A DNA stretch of 64,000 nt from Phyllobates terribilis (Eukaryota): the NCBI RefSeq assembly GCF_046119375.1, contig NW_027362772.1, forward strand, positions 311,488,001 through 311,552,000. The letters run 5' to 3'. The notes beneath the pieces were generated by a model that saw nothing but the letters and a program-made list of their open reading frames with translations, did not search any database and was not told the origin of the DNA. A program made the position numbers and the translations under genes. This document shows, piece by piece, positions 37,012 to 46,867 of this stretch. Each line of letters begins with the position of its first letter. The first letter of the stretch is position 1.

Positions 37012-40000
37012 TGACGCGCCCCCTGGGCCAGTGCTGTTTGGGGGATTACCCGGAGCCGGATCAGATGGGGGTTGTAGTCTCCGAGTGGCGGCGACCCGGT
37101 CCGTGCCCAGGGTGTCAAGCTCAGTGTGTGGCAGTCTTTACAGATGTTATTGGTTGTTCTTAGTGTCGACTACGCCACCCGTTGGTTTGCGGTCAAAAGG
37201 CCGCCGCTCCAGCAGGGTCCGCTGAGGCTGGTGGTATATGTGCAGCTGTGGTGGTATAACCCCCAACGGGAGGGGTATAGCCTCAGGGGGTCAGGTGTAG
37301 AGGATGGTGGTAGTGGTGGTGCAGTGTGGATGTTAAGAAGACTCAGAGTCGGGCTGTGCAGTTCAGGGTTTTTACTTACTGCTGTTCTGTGGGTCACTCT
37401 GGCCTTGAGTGACCGCCCGAGCCGTGCTGCGTCCACCAGGTCCTGGACTCGGCCAACCCCCAAGCAATTCTGGAGCGTGGTCCTGAGCTCCCTTTCTGAC
37501 TGTCCTCTCTACTGGCCGTTCCCACCAGGGGTCCACTTATGTCCGGCTCCCTCGGGTCTCCTGTTGGGTGAACCTTCTTTGGCTTCCCTGACCCTATGCT
37601 CGGTGTGCCTTCTAGTGGACTTGGTGAGGGGCTGCTCCACATGTAATGTCGCAGCCTCCGGTTCTTAGCTGAGGGTAGTTTCTCTCCTCCACTAATTTGG
37701 GATCCGGTTCCCTTGCGTGCCAACCCTTCACCCTTCTGGTTGTATACTGGGTTCTTGGGGTTCCTTCTTCTTCCCCTCTGGGTCCTTCTCTTCTCCTCTC
37801 TCTCTGCAGGCTCTCCTGGACCTCTCTCAGGACCGACTGTCCCTCTACAAAAGACTGACTGACTGACTGACCCTGTCTCTAGATGGTACCCACCTTATAT
37901 ACTCCCTCTATGTGTGAGCTCAGGTGACCAGCACCCAATGAGCTCCTAGCCTTACCCAGACTGCTCCCCCTATCTGCCCCTACACTACTGGGATGTTCCA
38001 CCCCCCTCCCACTCCAGCCAGGGACAGACACTGTCGTACCTGCACATATACTGGTGGGAGTACCGTCGGTCTGTCCCCCGGAAATGGGATGTGTGTAGTG
38101 CATGCAGCCTACTGAGCTCAGTTCCACACTCCATCCTTACCCGGGAGTGGAATATCACACCTCTGGCTTGAGGTGTAATACCCCTGTAGCAGCCGAATCC
38201 TCAGGGTGCTACATTCCCCCCTGGTAAATCACAGCACGTCCTCGGGCTGTAAGAGAACAAAAACATCCAAAAACATACTTTTTTTTTTTTTTTTTCATAA
38301 CAACATAAACATATAAAACATTATATAAATATTATTAGCATAAAAACTTTCTCATAATTAACATTCTTGGAAACTCTCTTGCTCCTCCGGCCACGGTGCA
38401 ACTTGTGACCGGGTAAAGTGCGACAGTCTCTTCTGGAAAGAAAAACACAGCTTTCCTATAAAACCAGTAAGCGGCGCCTTTAAAAAGCGCAACTATATAC
38501 AAGGGGAGGTTTGGCCGCTCTCAGTCCTCGACCAGTGGGAATAGGGACACACGGGTTAAAGTTCAATTTGCTGGTCCCAACGGGGACTATAATGGTAACA
38601 GTTCTGGTACCCTGACGGGTAACTATGTACAGTCTCTTTACCGTACTTTAATGACGGCGTACTCCTGCTCCTTCTTCAGACCCGTCCGGGTCCTCTTGCT
38701 CCTCTTCACACCGTAGCTCCTCCTCCGTCAGCCGGTGTACATGGAGGGCGTAGGGTCCTTTGGCACACTTGTGCCGGGTGAACGTGACCTCGTCCCCTAC
38801 ATATAGGTCACGACCTCTGTGTCCCTCCGGTAGGTGGGACTCAACGTCTCTTCTGGTCACAAAGACGTCGCTGGGGGTGTGATGATCCCTGATGAAACCC
38901 CAACCATGCTGCAGTTGGAATTTAATTACAGTCCCGGTGGCACGGGGACCGTGGGCTGCACGGGGGTTCCTCCTGGTCCTGCTCTTCTGCCCTGCGCTCT
39001 GTTCCTGCAGCCGCTGCTCACGGACCCGCCTCTCTCTCCGTTCTTGCTCGAAGACTGCCAACTGCTGGCGGCAGCACTCCACACGCTCCGCTGCGGCTGC
39101 CCGAGTTTCCTGAGTGAACCCCGTGAGGTCTCCTCCGGTGGGGTCCCACTCGAACTGCGCTTCTTCCAGCGGGAGCGGGGTCCTCTTAACGGGCTTCGGA
39201 GCCGGAATCAGGGGCTCGCACAGGGGCCTTGCTTTTTGGAGTTCCAGTTGGTAGTACTCCGGTGGCCATTTAAAGGGCTGCCCATCCGGGCACGTATGCT
39301 GGGCAAATAGGTCTTCACCCAGGTGTGGCGCTGTGGATGTTGAGGGCGCGGTGGTGGTAGCGGCGCCCGGGTTCGCCAGGCCTTGCGACCAGGCCTGGGG
39401 TACCCTGAACGTAAAGGGCACCGTGAAGACGGCGGCGCCCGGGGTTACTTGGCCCAGCGACCAGGCCGGTGGTGTTTCCTGCTTTGCCGCGCTTAGGGTT
39501 GAGGCGCGTGACGTCACAGGGGTCGCGGCCGCGGCTTCTGCTTGAGGCCTTGTCTGGAGCGGTGACGATGCAGCGACGGGCACGGCAGGGGGAATTTCGG
39601 GCTCTGCGACGGGGAGCTGGGGCAGGCTCACGGTTTCCCGGCTCGGGGTAGTGACGTCCCCTTTACCTGCCTCCATCTGTTCAGCTCCCTCTTCGGCGCC
39701 GTCTCCGGCCTTCACTCCTCCTGCACCATCCTCAGAGGCGGTCTGTCTCCTCGTCTCGGGTGGCGTGCTTTGCTGGCGGGTTCTTGCCTGCAGGGCCATC
39801 TCTCGGCTCCACTCCGTCAGCGTCTCTCGCTGCACCTGGGCCATCCTCCATGCGAGGCGCTCCAGCGCGGTCTGCGCACACTCCCGGTCTCGGGGGAGCT
39901 GTGCCAGAATCTCCACTAAGCCTAGTGGGGTTGTTGCTTGCAGCAGGCTCCTGACCACTGGGTCGGTGCTGCCTGTCTCTCCTTCCATCTCCGGGTGTGC

Positions 40001-41700
40001 TTTCTCCAGACTCCTCCAGGCTGCACCCATCTTCGCTCTTTTCTTCTGTCTCCGCCCACATTGAGGGTGGTCCCGGGGCAACTTTGTGATTGTCAGTTCC
40101 AGGGGCAGTTCTCTCACGCTGATGGACATCTCTAGCATCACAGTCTCTGTTGGTGGGCGCGGTTTCCGCTTTTGGCGCCATTCCTTGACCTGGCCCACGA
40201 TGGGAGGTGACCTCTTGCCACCCTCTGGCACGCCCATAATGGCGTCCGCTCTTCCAAGGCGGGAAATCTTCTGGAAATGGCGGGAATCGTCTCCCAGTGG
40301 CGGGAAACTCCGTGGATGGCGGGAAAAAGCTGCAAATGGCGGGCAACCGGCGGGAGCCGACTTGTGATGGCGTCCGATGGCGGGGACCCTCCGGAACCGG
40401 CGGGAGACTTCTTTTTGAGGTAAATGTGTACTTTTCTTCAGGCACGCAGTACCCGGTGGTTGCGGGCACGAAATCCTGCCGACTACGCCAAAGTTGACGC
40501 GCCCCCTGGGCCAGTGCTGTTTGGGGGATTACCCGGAGCCGGATCAGATGGGGGTTGTAGTCTCCGAGTGGCGGCGACCCGGTCCGTGCCCAGGGTGTCA
40601 AGCTCAGTGTGTGGCAGTCTTTACAGATGTTATTGGTTGTTCTTAGTGTCGACTACGCCACCCGTTGGTTTGCGGTCAAAAGGCCGCCGCTGCAGCAGGG
40701 TCCGCTGAGGCTGGTGGTATATGTGCAGCTGTGGTGGTATAACCCCCAACGGGAGGGGTATAGCCTCAGGGGGTCAGGTGTAGAGGATGGTGGTAGTGGT
40801 GGTGCAGTGTGGATGTTAAGAAGACTCAGAGTCGGGCTGTGCAGTTCAGGGTTTTTACTTACTGCTGTTGTGCTGGTCACTCTGGCCTTGAGTGACCGCC
40901 CGAGCCGTGCTGCGTCCACCAGGTCCTGGACTCGGCCAACCCCCAAGCAATTCTGGAGCGTGGTCCTGAGCTCCCTTTCTGACTGTCCTCTCTACTGGCC
41001 GTTCCCACCAGGGGTCCACTTATGTCCGGCTCCCTCGGGTCTCCTGTTGGGTGAACCTTCTTTGGCTTCCCTGACCCTATGCTCGGTGTGCCTTCTAGTG
41101 GACTTGGTGAGGGGCTGCTCCACATGTAATGTCGCAGCCTCCGGTTCTTAGCTGAGGGTAGTTTCTCTCCTCCACTAATTTGGGATCCGGTTCCCTTGCG
41201 TGCCAACCCTTCACCCTTCTGGTTGTATACTGGGTTCTTGGGGTTCCTTCTTCTTCCCCTCTGGGTCCTTCTCTTCTCCTCTCTCTCTGCAGGCTCTCCT
41301 GGACCTCTCTCAGGACCGACTGTCCCTCTACAAAAGACTGACTGACTGACTGACTGACCCTGTCTCTAGATGGTACCCACCTTATATACTCCCTCTATGT
41401 GTGAGCTCAGGTGACCAGCACCCAATGAGCTCCTAGCCTTACCCAGACTGCTCCCCCTATCTGCCCCTACACTACTGGGATGTTCCACCCCCCTCCCACT
41501 CCGGCCAGGGACAGACACTGTCGTACCTGCACATATACTGGTGGGAGTACCGTCGGTCTGTCCCCCGGAAATGGGATGTGTGTAGTGCATGCAGCCTACT
41601 GAGCTCAGTTCCACACTCCATCCTTACCCGGGAGTGGAATATCACACCTCTGGCTTGAGGTGTAATACCCCTGTAGCAGCCGAATCCTCAGGGTGCTACA
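37012..41700 (-). mobile_element. Non-autonomous LTR retroelement copy 1 (4689 bp) carrying a cold-shock-domain ORF
   Basis: LTRs 41700-40495 (5', 1206 bp) and 38213-37012 (3', 1202 bp), TG..CA ends; TSD CATA; PBS TGGCGTAGTCGGCAGGAT 40490-40473 complementary to the tRNA-Ser 3' end (..ATCCTGCCGACTACGCCA); PPT AGGGGGGAA abutting the 3' LTR; TATATAA at 41388-41382. Confidence 0.95.
38648..40237 (-). CDS. 529-aa element-encoded protein with a C-terminal cold-shock domain (CSD ~38941-38729)
   Basis: TGTVIKFQLQHGWGFIRDHHTPSDVFVTRRDV...LYVGDEVTFTRHKCAKGPYALHV aligns by eye with the YBX/LIN28/CspA CSD (GTVKWFN..GYGFI....DVFVH....L..GE.VEF....G.KG..A.NV). Preceded by a coiled-coil-like E/R/Q segment. 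No RT, IN or CCHC motif. Confidence 0.85.
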   Translation of the reverse strand: MGVPEGGKRSPPIVGQVKEWRQKRKPRPPTETVMLEMSISVRELPLELTITKLPRDHPQCGRRQKKRAKMGAAWRSLEKAHPEMEGETGSTDPVVRSLLQATTPLGLVEILAQLPRDRECAQTALERLAWRMAQVQRETLTEWSREMALQARTRQQSTPPETRRQTASEDGAGGVKAGDGAEEGAEQMEAGKGDVTTPSRETVSLPQLPVAEPEIPPAVPVAASSPLQTRPQAEAAAATPVTSRASTLSAAKQETPPAWSLGQVTPGAAVFTVPFTFRVPQAWSQGLANPGAATTTAPSTSTAPHLGEDLFAQHTCPDGQPFKWPPEYYQLELQKARPLCEPLIPAPKPVKRTPLPLEEAQFEWDPTGGDLTGFTQETRAAAAERVECCRQQLAVFEQERRERRVREQRLQEQSAGQKSRTRRNPRAAHGPRATGTVIKFQLQHGWGFIRDHHTPSDVFVTRRDVESHLPEGHRGRDLYVGDEVTFTRHKCAKGPYALHVHRLTEEELRCEEEQEDPDGSEEGAGVRRH

Positions 41701-42093
41701 CATACATTACTGATCCTGAGTTACATCCTGTATTATACTCCAGAGCTGCACTCACTGTTCTGCTGGTGCAGTCACTGTGTACATACATTACATTACTGAT
41801 CCTGAGTTACATCCTGTATTATACTCCAGAGCTGCACTCACTATTCTGCTGGTGCAGTCACTGTGTACATACATTACATTACTGATCCTGAGTTACATCC
41901 TGTATTATACTCCAGAGCTGCACTCACTATTCTGCTGGTGCAGTCACTGTGTACATACATTACATTACTGATCCTGAGTTACCTCCTGTATTATACTCCA
42001 GAGCTGCACTCACTATTCTGCTGGTGCAGTCACTGTGTACATACATTACATTACTGATCCTGAGTTACATCCTGTATTATACTCCACAGCTGC

Positions 42094-45000
42094 TGACGCG
42101 CCCCCTGGGCCAGTGCTGTTAGGGATACCCGGAGCCGGATCAGATGGGGGTTGTAGTCTCCGAGTGGCTGTGACCCGGTCCGTGCCCAGGGTGTCAAGCT
42201 CAGTGTGTGGCAGTCTTTATGATGTTACTAGATGTTCTTTTGTGTCGACTACGCCACCCGTTGATTTGCGGTCACTACGGCCGCCGCTGCAGCAGGGTCC
42301 GCTGAGGCTGGTGATGTGAGTGCAGCTTAGGTAGTATAACCCCCAACGGGAGGGGTATAGCCTCAGGGGGTCAGCCGTGGAGGATGGTGGTTGTGAAGGT
42401 GCAGCAAGGAGACTCAGAGGCATAAAATGCAGTTCCAGGGTTTTACTTACTGGTGTTGCTCGGGTCACTGTGTACAGCAGTGACCACCCAAGCCGTGCTG
42501 CGTCCACCAGGTCCTGGACTCGGTCGACTCCCAGGCAACTCCGGAGTGTGGTCCTGAGCTCCTTTCTGTCTCTCCCTTCTTCTGGCCGTTCCCACCAGGG
42601 ATCCACCTAAGTCCGGCTCCCTCGGGCCTCTTGTTGGTCAAGCCTCCTCTGGGCTCCCTGACCCTATTCTTGGTCTGCCTTCCGGGTGGATTTGGTGGGT
42701 GATCGTGGCAGATCCTGCCCACGACCTCCGGTTCCTGGCTAAGGTGTGCTGTAGCCTCTGCCAGCTTGGGATCCGGTACCCTGTTGCCGACCCTTCACCC
42801 TATTAGCTCTCTTATGGGCTCTTGGGGTCCCCTCTGCGCCTCTGGGTCTCTCTCTCTTCTCCTCTGCTCTGCTTCTCAGGTTACACTCTGACAGACTGAC
42901 GTCTCACAGACTGACAACTGACTGACCGACTGACCCTGATCTAAGATGGTGCCCACCTTATATACTCCCTCTATGTGTGAGCTCAGGTGACCAGCACCCA
43001 ATGAGCTCCTAGCTTTACCCAGGCTGCTCCCCCTATCTGCCCCTACACTACTGGGATGTTCCACCCCCCTCCCACTCCAGCCAGGAACAGACACTGTCGT
43101 ACCTGCACATTTCTCTAGTGGGAGTACCATCGGTCTGTTCCCCGGAAATGGGATGTGTGTAGTGCATGCAGCCTACTAGCTCAGTTCCACACTCCATCCT
43201 TACCCGGGAGTGGAATATCACACCTCTGGGTTGAGGTGCAATACCCCTGTAGCAGCCGAATCCTCAGGGTGCTACATTCCCCCCTGGTAAATCACAGCAC
43301 GTCCTCGGGCTGTAAAATATAAACATCCAAAACATACAAAATTTTTTTTTTTTCATAAACATATAAAACATATAAAACATCATATACATCATCAGCAGCA
43401 ATAAACTCTTCATATAAAAACTTTTCATAAATAACATTCTTGTTTCTGGTTCCTCCGGTCACGGTGCAACTTGTGACCGGGTAAAGTGCTACAGTCTCTT
43501 GAAGAAAACAGTTTCCTATAAAACCGGTAGGGGGCGCTTTAGGAAGCGCAACTATATACAAGGGAAATATGGCCGCTCTCAGTCCTCGGCCAGGTATTAG
43601 GAACTAGGGACACACGGGCATCAGTTCAATTGGCTGGTCCCAACGGGGACTATATTTTAACTAGAACAGTTCTTATACCCTGACGGGTAACTATGTACAG
43701 TCTCTTTACCGTACTTTAACGACGGCGTCCTCCTGCTCCTTCTTTAGATTCTTCAGACCCGTCCGGGTCCTCTTGCTCCTTCTCACACCGCAGCTCCTCC
43801 TCCGTCAGGCGATGCACATGGAGGGCGTAGGGTCCTTTGGCACACTTGTGCCGGGTGAAGGTGACCTCGTCCCCTACATACAGGTCACGACCTCTGTGTC
43901 CCTCCGGCAGATGGCTTTCTACGTCTCTGCGAGTTACAAAGACGTCGCCGGGGGTCTGATGGTCTCTGTTAAAGCCCCATCCGTGCTGCATGTTGAATTT
44001 TATCACAGTCCCGGTGGAAGGGGGACCATGTGCTGCACGGGGATTCCTCCTGGTCCGGCTCTTCTGCTCCGCGCTCCTTATCTGCGCTTGCTGTTCCCGG
44101 ACCCGCCTCTCTCTCCGCTCCCTCTCGAAGACCTCGAGCTGCTGCCGGCAGCACTCTGCACGCTCTGCTGCGGCCGCCCGAGTCTCCTGAGTGAACCCCA
44201 TGAGGTCTTCTCCGGTGGGGTCCCACTCGAACTGTGCCTCCTCCAGCGGGGGCGAGGTCCTCTTTACGGGCTTCGGAGCCGGAATCAGGGGCTCGCACAT
44301 GGGCCTTGCTCTCTGGAGTTCCAGCTGAATGTACTCCTGGGGCCATATGAAGGGCTGCCCATCCGGGCACGTATGCTGGGCAAATAGATTTTCACCCAGG
44401 TGCGGCACTCTAGATGTTGAGGGCGCGTTGATGGTAGTGGCGCCCGGGTCGACCAGGCCTTGCGACCAGGCTTGGGGCACCCTAAAGGCAAAGGGCACCG
44501 TAAGAACGGCGGCGCCCGTGGTTACTCGGCCCTGCGACCAGGCCGGTGGCTCCGCGGAGGTAGGGGGCGCTGTTGGAATTGCGGCGCCCGGGTGTACTAG
44601 GCCTTGCGACCAGGCCGGTGGTATTTCCTGCTTGGCCACGCTCGAAGTCGAGGCGTGTGACGTCACAGGGGTCGCGGCCGCGGTTTCCGGTTGAGGCCTA
44701 GTCGGCGGCGGTGACGATGCAGCGACGGGCACGGCAGGGGGAACTTCGGGCTCTGCGACGGGGAGCTGGGGCAGGCACGCGGTTTCCCGGCTCGGGGTAG
44801 AGACGTCCCCTTTACCTGCCCCCATTCGTTCAGCTCCCTTCTCGGCGCCGTCTCCGGCCTTGAGTCCTCCTGCACCATCCTCAGAGGCGGTCTGTCTCCT
44901 CGTCTCGGGTGGCGTGCTCCGCTGACGGGTTCCGGTCTGCTGGGCCATCTCTCGGCTCCACTCCGCCAACGTCTCTCGCTGCACCCGGGCCATCCTCCGT

Positions 45001-46867
45001 GCGAGGCCCTCCAGCGCGGTCTGTGCACACTCCCGGTCTCGGGGGAGCTGTGCTAGGATCTCCAGCAGGCCTTCTGGAGTGGCGACCTGCAACAGGCTCC
45101 TGACCACTGGGTCGGTGCTGCCTGACTCTCCCTCCATCTCCGGGTAGGCTCTCTCTGGACTCTCTTCCAGACGTCTTGTCTCCGGGTGCGCTCTCTCCAG
45201 ACTGCTCCAGGCGACACCCATCTTTGTTCTCTTCTTCTGTCTCCGCCCACATTTAGGGTGGTCCCGGGGCAACTTTGTGATTGTCAGTTCCAGGGGCAGT
45301 TCTCTTACGCTGATGGACACTTCCAGCATCACAGTCTCTGTTGGTGGGTGCGGTTTCCGCTTTTGGCGCCATTCTTCGACCTGGCCCACGATGGGAGGTG
45401 GCCTTTTGCCACCCTCTGGCACGCCCATAATGGCGTCCGCTCTTCCAAGGCGGGAAATCTTTGGAAATGGCGGGAATCGTCTCCCAGTGGCGGGAAACTC
45501 CATGGATGGCGGGAAAAAGCTGCAAATGGCGGACAACTGGCGGGAAACGACCTGTGATGGGGTCCGTTGGCGGGGACCCTCCGGAACCGGCGGGAGACTT
45601 CTTTTTAAGGTAACGGTGTACTTTTCTTCAGGCACGCAGTACCCGGTTGTTGCGGGCACGTGATCCTGCCGACTACGCCAAAGTTGACGCGCCCCCTGGG
45701 CCAGTGCTGTTAGGGATACCCGGAGCCGGATCAGATGGGGGTTGTAGTCTCCGAGTGGCTGTGACCCGGTCCGTGCCCAGGGTGTCAAACTCAGTGTGTG
45801 GCAGTCTTTATGATGTTACTAGATGTTCTTTTGTGTCGACTACGCCACCCGTTGATTTGCGGTCACTACGGCCGCCGCTGCAGCAGGGTCCGCTGAGGCT
45901 GGTGATGTGAGTGCAGCTTAGGTAGTATAACCCCCAACGGGAGGGGTATAGCCTCAGGGGGTCAGCCGTGGAGGATGGTGGTTGTGAAGGTGCAGCAAGG
46001 AGACTCAGAGGCATAAAATGCAGTTCCAGGGTTTTACTTACTGGTGTTGCTCGGGTCACTGTGTACAGCAGTGACCACCCAAGCCGTGCTGCGTCCACCA
46101 GGTCCTGGACTCGGTCAACTCCCAGGCAACTCCGGAGTGTGGTCCTGAGCTCCTTTCTGTTTCTCCCTTCTTCTGGCCGTTCCCACCAGGGATCCACCTA
46201 AGTCCGGCTCCCTCGGGCCTCTTGTTGGTCAAGCCTCCTCTGGGCTCCCTGACCCTATTCTTGGTCTGCCTTCCGGGTGGATTTAGTGGGTGATCGTGGC
46301 AGATCCTGCCCACGACCTCCGGTTCCTGGCTAAGGTGTGCTGTAGCCTCTGCCAGCTTGGGATCCGGTACCCTGTTGCCGACCCTTCACCCTATTAGCTC
46401 TCTTATGGGCTCTTGGGGTCCCCTCTGCGCCTCTGGGTCTCTCTCTCTTCTCCTCTGCTCTGCTTCTCAGGTTACACTCTGACAGACTGACGTCTCACAG
46501 ACTGACAACTGACTGACTGACTGACCCTGATCTAAGATGGTGCCCACCTTATATACTCCCTCTATGTGTGAGCTCAGGTGACCAGCACCCAATGAGCTCC
46601 TAGCTTTACCCAGGCTGCTCCCCCTATCTGCCCCTACACTACTGGGATGTTCCACCCCCCTCCCACTCCAGCCAAGAACAGACACTGTCGTACCTGCACA
46701 TTTCTCTAGTGGGAGTACCATCGGTCTGTTCCTCGGAAATGGGATGTGTGTAGTGCATGCAGCCTACTAGCTCAGTTCCACACTCCATCCTTACCCGGGA
46801 GTGGAATATCACACCTCTGGGTTGAGGTGCAATACCCCTGTAGCAGCCGAATCCTCAGGGTGCTACA
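42094..46867 (-). mobile_element. Non-autonomous LTR retroelement copy 2 (4774 bp), a diverged subfamily of copy 1
   Basis: LTRs 46867-45685 and 43276-42094 (both 1183 bp); TSD CTGC; same tRNA-Ser PBS at 45680-45663 and same PPT. Confidence 0.95.
43716..45428 (-). CDS. 570-aa element-encoded cold-shock-domain protein (CSD ~44020-43806)
   Basis: Homologous to the copy 1 ORF from the shared MGVPEGG start. The 690-aa track ORF extends upstream, but that part is frameshifted in copy 1. Confidence 0.85.
   Translation of the reverse strand: MGVPEGGKRPPPIVGQVEEWRQKRKPHPPTETVMLEVSISVRELPLELTITKLPRDHPKCGRRQKKRTKMGVAWSSLERAHPETRRLEESPERAYPEMEGESGSTDPVVRSLLQVATPEGLLEILAQLPRDRECAQTALEGLARRMARVQRETLAEWSREMAQQTGTRQRSTPPETRRQTASEDGAGGLKAGDGAEKGAERMGAGKGDVSTPSRETACLPQLPVAEPEVPPAVPVAASSPPPTRPQPETAAATPVTSHASTSSVAKQEIPPAWSQGLVHPGAAIPTAPPTSAEPPAWSQGRVTTGAAVLTVPFAFRVPQAWSQGLVDPGATTINAPSTSRVPHLGENLFAQHTCPDGQPFIWPQEYIQLELQRARPMCEPLIPAPKPVKRTSPPLEEAQFEWDPTGEDLMGFTQETRAAAAERAECCRQQLEVFERERRERRVREQQAQIRSAEQKSRTRRNPRAAHGPPSTGTVIKFNMQHGWGFNRDHQTPGDVFVTRRDVESHLPEGHRGRDLYVGDEVTFTRHKCAKGPYALHVHRLTEEELRCEKEQEDPDGSEESKEGAGGRRR

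Noticed and set aside
40473-40490. tRNA-Ser gene
   Set aside because: Only the 3' 18-19 nt, including the CCA, are present; this is a primer-binding site.
45429-45788. 120-aa N-terminal extension of the copy 2 ORF (and ORF 39732-40601)
   Set aside because: It runs through the PBS into the LTR and is broken by a 1-nt indel in copy 1, so the shared start is MGVPEGG.
37012-46867. The two LTR elements as an assembly or tandem duplication
   Set aside because: They have different TSDs, different positions within the satellite unit and substantial sequence divergence.
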